From positions 1 to 38,232 of the IMG/VR virus record IMGVR_UViG_3300022666_000277: a stretch of 38,232 nt of DNA. One strand, 5' to 3'. Shown here piece after piece: positions 1 to 9,312 of the stretch (positions are counted from its first letter, which is position 1; every line of letters begins with the position of its first letter). Made by a program: the position numbers and the translations under genes. The notes under the pieces were generated by a model. The model did not search any database. It saw only the letters and a program-made list of their open reading frames with translations, and was not told the origin of the DNA. The DNA is from a virus. Taxonomy: Duplodnaviria > Caudoviricetes.

Positions 1-127
1 GCAATCTGCGGTGAAGACGCATGGTACGGATATTTATCGGCAGGCGAAGAGTTATGAGGAGTATGCCGGGGAGCTAAAGCGAGCTGCGGGGGCTGCAGGT
101 TTGTTTGTGGATGAGCAGGGTAATTTG
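1..127 (+). repeat. Terminal direct repeat, copy 1 (circular assembly overlap)
   Basis: Identical to 38106-38232 and lies inside a coding sequence. A 127-nt overlap is typical of a de Bruijn k-mer. Confidence 0.95.
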
Positions 128-1270
128 ATTAAAGTGGGACGTACCAGCGGCGGGGTGGTGAAGACGCTGGTGCAAGAGCATTATTTGTTGGATCAGGTTA
201 CGTATGATGCGAAGAAGGGGATGGAGGATAATGTTGCGGTTTTGGATCGATGGGAGTTGGCGATTGTGCGGGATCGGGAGGCGGTGAATGATGCTGCGGC
301 AGCTGAAGGGCGTTTAAAGGATGCTGAGGGGCGGGCAGCAGACGCTCGCCGGGAAGCTGAGCAATCAATCAACGATTATGTGCGGGCTTTGGATGAGGCG
401 CAGGCGTCGGCGCGGGCGTATGTGGTGGAACAAAGCGGCATGTCGATGTCTATGAAGGATGCGTCAGGGGTGGATATTGCGCGAGAGGCAATCCGCGAGT
501 TGGATGGGGCGATGCAGGCGGGGACGATTACGGGGCCGGCGTATCGGGCGGCGGTGAGAGATGTGCAGCTGGCGTATGGTCTGGCCAATGAGCAAAGTAT
601 TGCGCTGGCCGAGAATATGTCTGCGGTGACGATGGCTGCAGCCGATGGGGTGATACCTAATGAGAACCTGTCGGAGGCGTTGAATGCATTAAAGCAGGAT
701 GCGGCGGATGGGGAGGTTAACCTGGGGCGGCTGTTGGTGCAAATGGGTGGGGCTCCTGAGGCGGTTGGGAAATATTTGGGGTCGTTGCAGCAATCGAAGG
801 ATACGAATGCTTCGTTGACGGATCAGATTGGGAAGATCAGCGATAGCGCTGCGGTTGCGAAGCAATTATTGGATGATTTGGATACGAAGTTTTTGAGTAA
901 CAAGGGGAATGCGGAGAATGCTACGAAGGCGGCTGAGGATTATGTTACGGCGGTAGGCAATTTGCGAGACGCGATTGCAACGTTAGAGGATAAAACGGTG
1001 CGAATTACGGTTGAGCGAGTTGAGACGACGATGGGGGGTGATGCCGGCGAGGGGCCTGGGGCGGCATCTGGTGTGGATTTCGTTGTTCCACCAGGGTATC
1101 CACATGATAGTTATCCGTTGCGGGTTCAAAGCGGTGAGAGGGTGACTGTGACGCCGGCCAATCAGCAGAGTGGCGCTGAGGGTGGTGGTGTGGTGAATTA
1201 TGGCCATATCACGATTGTGGTTCAGGGCGCGGCGGATGCGAATGCGCTATTTGCTCAGCTGGGAGGTTGA
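1..1270 (+). CDS. Tail tape measure protein, C-terminal part
   Basis: Ala-rich coiled sequence with a typical TMP tail (ASGVDFVVPPGYPHDS...VQSGERVTVTP); directly upstream of Dit. Confidence 0.9.
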   Translation, partial: QSAVKTHGTDIYRQAKSYEEYAGELKRAAGAAGLFVDEQGNLIKVGRTSGGVVKTLVQEHYLLDQVTYDAKKGMEDNVAVLDRWELAIVRDREAVNDAAAAEGRLKDAEGRAADARREAEQSINDYVRALDEAQASARAYVVEQSGMSMSMKDASGVDIAREAIRELDGAMQAGTITGPAYRAAVRDVQLAYGLANEQSIALAENMSAVTMAAADGVIPNENLSEALNALKQDAADGEVNLGRLLVQMGGAPEAVGKYLGSLQQSKDTNASLTDQIGKISDSAAVAKQLLDDLDTKFLSNKGNAENATKAAEDYVTAVGNLRDAIATLEDKTVRITVERVETTMGGDAGEGPGAASGVDFVVPPGYPHDSYPLRVQSGERVTVTPANQQSGAEGGGVVNYGHITIVVQGAADANALFAQLGG

Positions 1271-1271
1271 T

Positions 1272-3191
1272 ATGTATTTGTTGCCTGTTTCGTATGATGG
1301 ATTTGGTTTAAATACGTCAGATTATCGGACGATTATTCCGGATAATGCGCCGGCGTCGTGGGGTGCGGATGTGGTTGAGAATAAGCGTGCAAATGCGTTT
1401 CCGCAATTTGCCAGTATGGATTTGGATGGAATAAATTTGCCGCTGAGAATTCATATCAGGGGGAATGGGTCGCTGAGCGCGCTGAAGCGGGTGTTTAATG
1501 CTGAGGATTATCGGCTGCGTGGGCCCAGGAAGCTTGTGGTACAGGATGAAAATGGGAAACAATGGTATGTGTATGCATCCGCCAGGAATTTGACATCCAG
1601 TCGATATAATGCGGTTACGGTGTTGGTGCGGGTCAGTGCGCCGGTGTGGATTAGTGAGGTTGAGCAATCGGTGACCTGGAGTGTGGAGGCGGATGGGGAT
1701 GAGAAGACGGTGACGGTTGGCGGTAATGCGAATGCGTTGCCAATATTTGAGGTTACGCCCACCACGCAACTGGTGGGGGGATTTCGGCATGTTGATTCGT
1801 TGGTGTTGTATAACAGGTGCGCCAATCGGGCTGTGCAGTTTCCGATGCAGATTGTGAGTGGTTGGGATACGGCGGCGCTGGTCAGTAGCGGTGAGTTGCA
1901 GGCCAGTTGTCAGGATGTGCGCGTTTCGTTAGATGATGTGAGGATTGATTTTTGGTTGGTGCGTCCGAATACGACTAATACCGCAATTTGGGCAAATGTC
2001 AATCTGGCGCCAATGGTGCTGTTGAAGCTGGCTATGTCTATTCCGGCTACGGGGGAAGTAGGAGAGCTGACGTTTGCGGTTGGATCTGAGAAGACGCTGG
2101 CCGGAATGTCTAAGTATGGATATTTGTTGATTGATAGCGAGGTGTTTTATTACAGCGGCGTGGATGCTAAATTGCGTAAAGTTGGTGGGTTGAAACGGGC
2201 TCAGATGGGGTCCAACATGGATGATCATGTGGTTGGCGCCAGTTGTTGGTGGGTTGAGCATAAATTGCAAGTGTTGTATGGAAATAGTGCGGCAGATGCT
2301 TGGGTAAATGATGAAAGCAAACGGCCAGCATTCGATCTGGATGATTCGGATAATGGTATGTGGGTATATGAGTGTTTTGGCGATAGCCAACAGTTGCAGA
2401 GTGCTGCGGCTAAACCCATGGTGATTTCATCGGCGGGTAAGGTTTCTGGGTATTATACGGATGAGCATGATGTTGAGGCTGATGTTTCACCGTTTGATGT
2501 TTTGGGTCTGGCGGTGCGATCGTATTTGAAGAGTGGCAAACCGGCTGGCGACACGGCAAATGTGGCCTGGGATTTGTTTCATCCGTTCGGAATATATTCG
2601 GTGGCGGCCAGCGGGGATAAATATCGGGTTGGGGTCAAATGGCCGCGGTTTACGGTGCAAAAGTCTGCAAATGGGTCATCCTGGACAATGCTGGCTGAGG
2701 AAACTAGCCCGGTAAATGGATCAACCTGGACGCTGTTTGTGATAACAGAAAAGACCACTGGCGCAACCAGTATATATATTCCCACCCGGGTCAGATTTTC
2801 GTTCAGTGGTACGGTGGATGCCAGCAGCAGCGCTATTGGCATGGTTGAGATTACGCAGGCGACAATTAAGCCGGTTGCTGGCAATGTTCCGGTTATTTTG
2901 CGGATGGCCGGAAGTAGCAATTATCCGTTTGAGGCCAGGCTGCTGAATGAAACCAGTGGGGATGAGATTGCGTTGTCGTATCAAATGGGTCAGGGCCAGA
3001 CGTTGGTTGTGGATACTGAACGGAAGGTGATCGAATGCAATGGGGTTGGGGCAGATGCGGCTCTGGCGCCGTATCCATTGCGCGGCGAGTGGCTCCCGTT
3101 TTTGCCTGGGGGTAATCTTTTGCATTATGCGGCCATTGGGGATGGTGGTGTGGGGATTGTAATCCGGTATCGGGAAAGGATGGTTTGGTGA
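1272..3191 (+). CDS. Distal tail protein (evolved Dit with a large insertion), 639 aa
   Basis: Follows the TMP; GGAGG at 1262 precedes ATG 1272. Dit-like C-terminus (GQTLVVDT...WLPFLPGGN...IRYRER) and an internal DUF2341-like segment. Confidence 0.75.
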   Translation: MYLLPVSYDGFGLNTSDYRTIIPDNAPASWGADVVENKRANAFPQFASMDLDGINLPLRIHIRGNGSLSALKRVFNAEDYRLRGPRKLVVQDENGKQWYVYASARNLTSSRYNAVTVLVRVSAPVWISEVEQSVTWSVEADGDEKTVTVGGNANALPIFEVTPTTQLVGGFRHVDSLVLYNRCANRAVQFPMQIVSGWDTAALVSSGELQASCQDVRVSLDDVRIDFWLVRPNTTNTAIWANVNLAPMVLLKLAMSIPATGEVGELTFAVGSEKTLAGMSKYGYLLIDSEVFYYSGVDAKLRKVGGLKRAQMGSNMDDHVVGASCWWVEHKLQVLYGNSAADAWVNDESKRPAFDLDDSDNGMWVYECFGDSQQLQSAAAKPMVISSAGKVSGYYTDEHDVEADVSPFDVLGLAVRSYLKSGKPAGDTANVAWDLFHPFGIYSVAASGDKYRVGVKWPRFTVQKSANGSSWTMLAEETSPVNGSTWTLFVITEKTTGATSIYIPTRVRFSFSGTVDASSSAIGMVEITQATIKPVAGNVPVILRMAGSSNYPFEARLLNETSGDEIALSYQMGQGQTLVVDTERKVIECNGVGADAALAPYPLRGEWLPFLPGGNLLHYAAIGDGGVGIVIRYRERMVW

Positions 3192-4225
3192 TGGCGTCGG
3201 TGATTAATGTGTATGATCGATTCGGGATGCGATTGGGGGAGTTTTATCAGGATGCAAATCGGGAATGGCTGGCGAATGAGCCGGGGGAGGTTGAGTTCAG
3301 CTTATCTATTGTTGAGGAGAAGGGTCGGGTCGGGGAACGCGATTTGGGGCGAATGTTGGCGTTCCGTAATTTGGTGGAGATCTCGCATCCCACGCTACCG
3401 GCATGGGTTGGTTTTATTTGCAAATATAGGTGGGGTAAGGGGGTATGGACGATAACGGCGCGGGGCGGTGAGGGGTTGTTGAAGCTGGCCACGCCGACAG
3501 AGGTGATCAAGATCAACGGCACCTCCGGGGGGATGTTTGAAAAGATATTGGAGGTGGCAAATGCCCAATTGGATACGAAGTTTGAAATTGGGGATATTTT
3601 CCGTGGCGGCAGTGCGCGTGAGGAAACGCTGGAGATGAATGATTTGTTGGCGGAAACGCAGCGGGTTGCGGAGCGTTGTGGAAATGATTTCGATGTGCAG
3701 CCGCGGGTTAGGGCGGATAACCGGTTGGAATTGGAGGCGAATTGGTATGAAAGGCGAGGTGATGATCTGGAGATGCGTTTGATTGAGGGGCATAATATAA
3801 GTTTGCCGGGTGGGGATGTGTTGGTACAAGATGGTGAGGGGATTTTCAGCCATGTGATTGGTATCTCGAATGGGGCAACGAATGCAGCCAGGTCTACTGT
3901 GGTAGTTTCTGATGCTGAGTGTGAGGGCCGGTATGGTCGAGCGTATATGTCTGAGGTATTTGATAATGTGACCGAAGGGGATACGCTACGTAAGAATGCA
4001 AATGGGAAGCTGAACGAGGTGCGGAATCCAACGAGTATGCTGAGCATTCTGGTGAATGCATCTGCGTTTTGGGGGGTACGTTTGGGAAATACGTTGCCGG
4101 TGATTTTGTATGAGCACGGGCTACGTGCGGATGGGACGTTTGGTTTTGAGGAGCGGTGTCGAGTGGTTGGGATGCGTTATCGCGAGCGAGAAAATTATGT
4201 TGAGGCGGTTATGGAGGTGGTATGA
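3191..4225 (+). CDS. Baseplate hub / Tal-like minor tail protein, 344 aa
   Basis: Position after Dit with TGATG coupling; size and beta-rich pattern fit a siphoviral hub; no lytic domain visible. Confidence 0.7.
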   Translation: MASVINVYDRFGMRLGEFYQDANREWLANEPGEVEFSLSIVEEKGRVGERDLGRMLAFRNLVEISHPTLPAWVGFICKYRWGKGVWTITARGGEGLLKLATPTEVIKINGTSGGMFEKILEVANAQLDTKFEIGDIFRGGSAREETLEMNDLLAETQRVAERCGNDFDVQPRVRADNRLELEANWYERRGDDLEMRLIEGHNISLPGGDVLVQDGEGIFSHVIGISNGATNAARSTVVVSDAECEGRYGRAYMSEVFDNVTEGDTLRKNANGKLNEVRNPTSMLSILVNASAFWGVRLGNTLPVILYEHGLRADGTFGFEERCRVVGMRYRERENYVEAVMEVV

Positions 4226-5985
4226 ATGGCATTGAACGCAAGTTTAATCCTGGAAATGTGGTCGATCAAGCTCGTAGACGGAAGGTTGAGTTAGACCTGT
4301 TGCGACGACGTGAGGTGTATGTTGGATCATTGGGTGATTTGAGCGGCAGTGGGGGGAGATTAGATGAGGATATTGAATTGATCATGGGGGAGGGCGATAT
4401 GGACGACCCTGAGAATCCGTTCAGCGGGCGGAGGGTTATTTATCCGCCGCTGGAGGTGACGATTGAGGGGGAGACGTTTTTGCTGACGGATGTGGGGATG
4501 GATGGGAATGAGGTGACGTTTGGGCTGTCGGCGACGGACGGTAGTGCGATTTTTAGCCGGGGGAAGGGGCGGATTGGGCGGGATGGGATTCGGATGAGTG
4601 GGCTGGATTATTTGTTTCAGCATACGGCGTCGAACGGGATCCAGACGCGCATTGGGCGGCTGCGGATGGTTCTGCCGGCGGGGGGGTGGCAGGATGTTCC
4701 GGCGTGGTCGTTTGAGTTTGATGAGCCGACGTTCAATGATGCGTACCGGCTGTTGAGCCGGTATGTGGGGCCGACGGGGACGCCGCAGGGGGATTTTGAG
4801 ACGGATGGGTTGACGTACTGGCAGGCGAGCGGGGTGACGGCGGAGTTGTACCCGGCATTGAAACGGGCGGGGGTGTATGGTGCGAGGATTACGTCGCCGG
4901 CGTCGAATGTGCAGGCGAGTGGGGTGTATAACGGTGATTTTGCGATTACGGAGGTGCGGCCGGGGTATGGGTATTTGCAGGCGGATGGGTGGACATTGTC
5001 GGATTATGACAATGCTGCGCAGGCGTATGGGGTTGCGGGGTTGGTTGGGGGTGTGGCGGCGCTGGAGTTGGATGTTGCGGCGGGGTATGCTGCGGAGTTT
5101 TTTGCGGCGTGTGATGCGGTGGCGTTGTCTGGGGTGCACCAGTCGCTGCGGGTGACGTTTGAGGTGAAGGCGAATTTTACGGCGGATGCGGAGAATGGGC
5201 GATGTGTGCGGGTGGTGTGGCTGGATGGGGAGGGGGGCGAGGTTGGGCGGACGACGATTTTCCGGCGATTTGGCCCCGAGTTTGGCAGCGGGTTTGAGGC
5301 GGTTGCGGCGCAGGCGGCGATCCCGGTTGGGGCGGCGGGGTACCGGTTGGAGTTTGTGTGCGAGCGCCCGGCGACGTATGCGACAGATTTGATTGTGCGG
5401 GATGTGGAGGGGTGCGAGTACGATACGACGCCAGGCAGCGGGACGTTTTCGTATCTGGCGAATGTTGCTGCGCCGACGGATGGGGAATATTGGTTTACGA
5501 TGTGGGTGTATGTGAATGGGGTGAGTACGCCGGTGTCGGTGCGGGTGGATTGGGAGAACGGAAGTCAGGAGGTGGTGTATCAGAGTGGGTTGGTGGAGAA
5601 GGTGTTTGAGGATGTGGATTGGGAGGGGGCGACGGTGGCTGTGGAGGGGCCGGGGAGTTTTAATGAGCAGTGTTATGCGCGGGTGGTTTTCTCTTTTTCG
5701 TGGGATACGACGCCGCTGGATGTGTGCCTGGATAATTTGTCTTTTGACCGGTTGCAGGCGTTGGTGACGCAGCGGTTGATGTTCCACAACGGGGGGTTGT
5801 ATCTGGATAATGCGGCGTTGTGCCTGGAGGTTATGGCGGATGAGGATGTGCCTACGCCGGGATCTGGGTTTCAGGCGATTTATCCGACGGCGGAGGGCTG
5901 GCATGCGAAGGATGCGGGGGGGGATGTGTCGGCTGTCGGTGGTGGGGATGAGTTGTTTTCGAGATTTTGGTTGGAGGGTTGCTAA
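4222..5985 (+). CDS. Putative receptor-binding / tail-tip protein with carbohydrate-binding-module-like domains
   Basis: Follows the hub with ATGA overlap. GDFE..W and NGDF..GW starts and LDNLSF / VRDVE ends are typical of CBM4/9-like jelly-rolls. Confidence 0.6.
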   Translation: MNGIERKFNPGNVVDQARRRKVELDLLRRREVYVGSLGDLSGSGGRLDEDIELIMGEGDMDDPENPFSGRRVIYPPLEVTIEGETFLLTDVGMDGNEVTFGLSATDGSAIFSRGKGRIGRDGIRMSGLDYLFQHTASNGIQTRIGRLRMVLPAGGWQDVPAWSFEFDEPTFNDAYRLLSRYVGPTGTPQGDFETDGLTYWQASGVTAELYPALKRAGVYGARITSPASNVQASGVYNGDFAITEVRPGYGYLQADGWTLSDYDNAAQAYGVAGLVGGVAALELDVAAGYAAEFFAACDAVALSGVHQSLRVTFEVKANFTADAENGRCVRVVWLDGEGGEVGRTTIFRRFGPEFGSGFEAVAAQAAIPVGAAGYRLEFVCERPATYATDLIVRDVEGCEYDTTPGSGTFSYLANVAAPTDGEYWFTMWVYVNGVSTPVSVRVDWENGSQEVVYQSGLVEKVFEDVDWEGATVAVEGPGSFNEQCYARVVFSFSWDTTPLDVCLDNLSFDRLQALVTQRLMFHNGGLYLDNAALCLEVMADEDVPTPGSGFQAIYPTAEGWHAKDAGGDVSAVGGGDELFSRFWLEGC

Positions 5986-6308
5986 TGTCGTACCAGGTTG
6001 TGACGATTGATGGTGATTTTAATGGGACGGGTAGTGTGACGTTGATCAGTGGGCCCAGCAGTGGGCACAGGGAGGTGCATTATCTGGAGGTGTACAATGC
6101 GGATGATGTGACGCATACGGTGAGGTTGTCGGCGACGATCAGCGGATCGAGCCGGTTGCGGAAGACGATTAAGCTGCGCCCGGGGGCTTCGTATGTGTGG
6201 ACGCCGAAGGTTGCGCTGACGGATGGGATGAGTATTACGGGGGTGCTGTTGGCGGCGGATAGTCCGCATGTGAATTTTTTGGTGACGTATGCGGAGGTTT
6301 CGGGATGA
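5985..6308 (+). CDS. Small beta-rich virion or tail-associated protein, 107 aa
   Basis: TAATG coupling with the upstream gene, GGAGG RBS, located in the tail module. Confidence 0.55.
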   Translation: MSYQVVTIDGDFNGTGSVTLISGPSSGHREVHYLEVYNADDVTHTVRLSATISGSSRLRKTIKLRPGASYVWTPKVALTDGMSITGVLLAADSPHVNFLVTYAEVSG

Positions 6309-7012
6309 GTGAGGTGATTTTTGAGCCCGAGGGTGTGACGTTTTTTGGCGAGCGGTGTTATGTGTTTGATCCGTTTGCGATTGAGGTTGGGAATGTGGTT
6401 GCGCCAACGCCGGAGGCGGCGAGTGCTACGCCAACGCCGTGGAGCCATTCGATTTCTGGTAGTTTGCTGAACCGGGCGCTGCTGGTGGCTACGACTTCGA
6501 ACCGGGCGGGTTCGCACGCGGTGAGCGGGGTGACGGCGGGGGGTGTGGCGATGACGCAGATTGGTTCGGTGGTGCAGGTGGTTGGGTCGTATTATTTGCT
6601 GTCAACGCTGTGGGGTTTGGTTGCGCCGCCGGCTGGGGTGTTGACGATTGCGCCGACGTTGAACGCGAGTGCGTATTGTGTGTGTGCGTCGCTCGATTTG
6701 GGGAATGTGGATCAGGCGAATCCGTTTTCGGCGGCGATGACGGCTGTGGCGGCGAGCGGGGCGACGGGAAGTACGATTAATATTACGGCGACCCGGTATG
6801 ACTTGCTGGTGGATGTGATTGCGAAGGCGGTTCCGGCTGAGGGGTTCAATGCGGTTACGTATCAGACGGAGTTGATGGATGCGCAGGACGGGCGCCCGGG
6901 GCACCGGGGTTCGGCGATGTATAAGCTGGCGCAGGATGGGGATGGGGTGACGCGGGCCTGGGCGAGTGCGACAGGTTTTTCGCATTTGGCTGCGGTGGTG
7001 AACGCGATTTAA
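6305..7012 (+). CDS. Putative tail-associated beta-sandwich protein, 235 aa
   Basis: ATGA overlap; Ala/Thr/Val-rich beta-type sequence; last late gene before the terminator. Confidence 0.55.
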   Translation: MSEVIFEPEGVTFFGERCYVFDPFAIEVGNVVAPTPEAASATPTPWSHSISGSLLNRALLVATTSNRAGSHAVSGVTAGGVAMTQIGSVVQVVGSYYLLSTLWGLVAPPAGVLTIAPTLNASAYCVCASLDLGNVDQANPFSAAMTAVAASGATGSTINITATRYDLLVDVIAKAVPAEGFNAVTYQTELMDAQDGRPGHRGSAMYKLAQDGDGVTRAWASATGFSHLAAVVNAI

Positions 7013-7014
7013 AG

Positions 7015-7045
7015 AAAAGCACCCCGTTAGGTGGGGTGCTTTTTT
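7015..7045. terminator. Bidirectional intrinsic terminator
   Basis: AAAAGCACCCC-gttaggt-GGGGTGCTTTTTT lies between the convergent tail and integrase genes. Confidence 0.85.
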
Positions 7046-8676
7046 GCGCTGGCTTCAAAGCGTAGGGTGAATAATTTATGTCTACGTTTTGTGCCCCCAC
7101 AGGGGTTCAAGACGTAGACATAAACATTATCGTCGGGTGGATCTGGACCGGAGGGGATGTTTGTAATGAGGTCATGGGGCGGTTGGTAGTATCGTATGAG
7201 GCCGCGGATGATCCGCCCGTCTCGTTCAACGGTGACGCGCTCGATGAATGCGCGCATAATTTCGCGCTGCGTATCCGGGTTGCCAGTGGTCAGGATGGTG
7301 CGCAGGCCGGACGCGTGTTGTAGTAGCTGTTGGGGGGTTAGTTGTTCTGACGGCGTTTGGATCCAGGTGTCGATCTGGGTGATTTCATCCTGGATATTTG
7401 TGTTTTGTGTTTCGAGTTCGTTTAGTTTTTGGATAAGGGATGGGTTGTGGCCGGCGATGGCGATAGCATTTACGATATTGTTGATGCTATGGCGTATGGC
7501 GCTGATGCGTTGGCTCAGTTCTGATCGCCGTGCGATGGTTTCTGCTGCGTGTTCTTGATGTTCGGAGATCAGGTCGTTTTGTATGGCGGAGAGGTTTTCT
7601 GGGCTCAGGATGTATTGGATGATGTTTTGCAGGATGGTATGTTCGAGGGCTTGTTTTGGGATGAGGCGCGCCGGACAGCGATCTGGGGAGCGCGCCTGTT
7701 TGCTGCATCCATAGTATTGGTATTGGCGGGGGCCATTGGTTTTGAATATGAGTGTGTTTCCATTGAGTGGAGCGCCACAGATGGCGCAGTAGGCCAGGCC
7801 GGATAGGATGTAACTGGAGTCGCTGCGGGCAGGGTGGGCGGGGTTTTCTGCGCCGGTGTTTTTAGTGCGGGTGCGGTTTATGGCCTGGACGGCATTCCAT
7901 GTGGCCAGGTCTATGAGGGGCGGGGCGTAGTCTGGTATGGTTTCGCCGGCGAATTCGAGTTCGCCCAGGTAAATGCGGTTTTGGAAGAATGTGCTGTATG
8001 AGTTGAGGCTGGAGAAGAGGTTGGTGACGCGGTTGATTTCGAGGTATGAGGCGCCACCAGCGCGCATTTTCCAGGCGAGGCGGCAGGTTTCCCAGAGTTT
8101 GGGGTCGGGTATCCAGCGGGCGACGATGTGTGGGCGACCGTCGCGACGTCGACCGATGGTGATTTCGTCGCGCATGAAGCCTTTGGGTGGGACGCCGCCT
8201 AGTGCGCCGTAGTTTTTGAGGAGGTGGCGCTGGCCACGTTTAACCTCATCAGAGAGTATTTCGATGTCTTTGGCGCTTTTCCAATCGTAAGCGCTTTCGA
8301 AGAAACGGCCATCGATGCCGTCTGGGATGATGTCGCGCATAGAGTATATGGCGAAGCCGCGGCGACGCAGGTCGCTTTTGTAGTATTGACTATCGTCGAT
8401 GTCGCGGGAGAAACGCGAGTAACGCCAGATGACCAGGCCGGCGATGTTAGGCCGACGGCGTTGGCGGCAGTAGGCTAGCATACGCTCGAAGCCGGCGCGA
8501 CCTACGGTAGTGGTGCCGGTGCGGGTGTCGGTGTAGACATTTTCCAGGGTGTAGTTGTTTTCTGCGCACCAAGCGCGGATGGCGTCTTCTTGTTGTGCGA
8601 GGGAGAGATCCTGATCGTCGCCGCCACTGTCGCGCAGGTAGGCGATGAGGCGAGAATATGGGGGGAATGGGGGCAT
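7027..8676 (-). CDS. Large serine recombinase (integrase), 549 aa
   Basis: Resolvase N-terminus AYLRDS (catalytic Ser)...Q, RYSRFSR; recombinase domain (PPKGF...NRIYLG...PLID); Zn ribbon (LSGLAYCAICG...YYGC); coiled coil. Confidence 0.95.
   Translation of the reverse strand: MPPFPPYSRLIAYLRDSGGDDQDLSLAQQEDAIRAWCAENNYTLENVYTDTRTGTTTVGRAGFERMLAYCRQRRRPNIAGLVIWRYSRFSRDIDDSQYYKSDLRRRGFAIYSMRDIIPDGIDGRFFESAYDWKSAKDIEILSDEVKRGQRHLLKNYGALGGVPPKGFMRDEITIGRRRDGRPHIVARWIPDPKLWETCRLAWKMRAGGASYLEINRVTNLFSSLNSYSTFFQNRIYLGELEFAGETIPDYAPPLIDLATWNAVQAINRTRTKNTGAENPAHPARSDSSYILSGLAYCAICGAPLNGNTLIFKTNGPRQYQYYGCSKQARSPDRCPARLIPKQALEHTILQNIIQYILSPENLSAIQNDLISEHQEHAAETIARRSELSQRISAIRHSINNIVNAIAIAGHNPSLIQKLNELETQNTNIQDEITQIDTWIQTPSEQLTPQQLLQHASGLRTILTTGNPDTQREIMRAFIERVTVERDGRIIRGLIRYYQPPHDLITNIPSGPDPPDDNVYVYVLNPCGGTKRRHKLFTLRFEASAKKHPT
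7075..7124. other. Putative attP site (50-bp imperfect palindrome, central dinucleotide 7099-7100)
   Basis: Perfect 13-bp outer arms TTTATGTCTACGT / ACGTAGACATAAA and inner CCCC/GGGG symmetry; size and symmetry match serine-integrase attP sites. Confidence 0.75.
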
Positions 8677-8680
8677 AGGG

Positions 8681-9202
8681 TTAACGCCAACAATCTTTTA
8701 GAAATGTGTCATCTAGGATGATGGCTTTATCACACGTTTGTTTTAGATTGTTGGATAAACACGAGCGCGTGGATGCGTTTTCTACATGTTTTCCCATACG
8801 TTGAACAACTTCAATAGCGCGGGAAAAATCGCCGTCACCCGAGATGATAATTGCTGTGTCATAGGTGTTGTGGTAGGCAAGGTCTAACAGGTCTATGGCC
8901 AGGGCTATATCGACGCCTTTTTCAACATATTCTCCATTGGGACGGGGTTCCAGACGGCCAAGTACGACTTTGAAGTACGGTTTATTGTCTAGTGCATTTA
9001 GGAATTTTTGCTGTTTTGTGTAGCGGTCTGGGTCGCGACTTTGGATTGGGAGCGCTGTATAGTAGTAGATACGACCTAGCAGACGATTGTTCGCTAGTTT
9101 GCGTACGAGGGCTTCAAAATCTATGTTGATCTGGTTGAAGTCTTGCTTGAGGCCATGAAGCAGGTTGGCCCCATCAATGAATATGGTTACACGTTCTTCC
9201 AT
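8681..9202 (-). CDS. NYN-domain (LabA/DUF88, PIN-like) ribonuclease, 173 aa
   Basis: Motifs IFIDGANL, EKGVDIALAID and IISGDGDF; GAGG RBS upstream of ATG 9202. Confidence 0.92.
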   Translation of the reverse strand: MEERVTIFIDGANLLHGLKQDFNQINIDFEALVRKLANNRLLGRIYYYTALPIQSRDPDRYTKQQKFLNALDNKPYFKVVLGRLEPRPNGEYVEKGVDIALAIDLLDLAYHNTYDTAIIISGDGDFSRAIEVVQRMGKHVENASTRSCLSNNLKQTCDKAIILDDTFLKDCWR

Positions 9203-9218
9203 TTGAGACCTCGTTGTT

Positions 9219-9307
9219 AAAAAATCGCCCAGGATTAACCTTGGTGGTAATCCTGGGGAATCTGTCGCCTGTTGTTGGAGGGGGATTAACAACAGGGAAT
9301 CTGTCGC
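9219..9307 (-). ncRNA. Putative tandem hairpin-repeat leader or antitoxin RNA upstream of the NYN gene
   Basis: GCGACAGATTCCC occurs twice at a 39-nt period, each copy running into a perfect 9- or 10-bp stem of different sequence, followed by GCGA and a U6 tract. Confidence 0.55.
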
Positions 9308-9312
9308 TTTTT

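Noticed and set aside
4360-5904. Long minus-strand ORFs (also 26574-28136, 28167-29906, 31026-32264, 33000-33971, 35005-36024)
   Set aside because: They are shadows of real + strand genes. The G/T bias depletes reverse-strand stop codons, and the products are Pro/His/Arg-rich with no motifs.
7085-7115. tRNA gene
   Set aside because: Only a 3'-end-like fragment is present, with no D or anticodon arm; treated as the att core.
9225-9307. Mini-CRISPR or TIGR-type guide array
   Set aside because: The repeats are only 13 nt with two full copies, the intervening sequences are self-complementary stems rather than foreign spacers, and no cas or Nop-domain gene is present.
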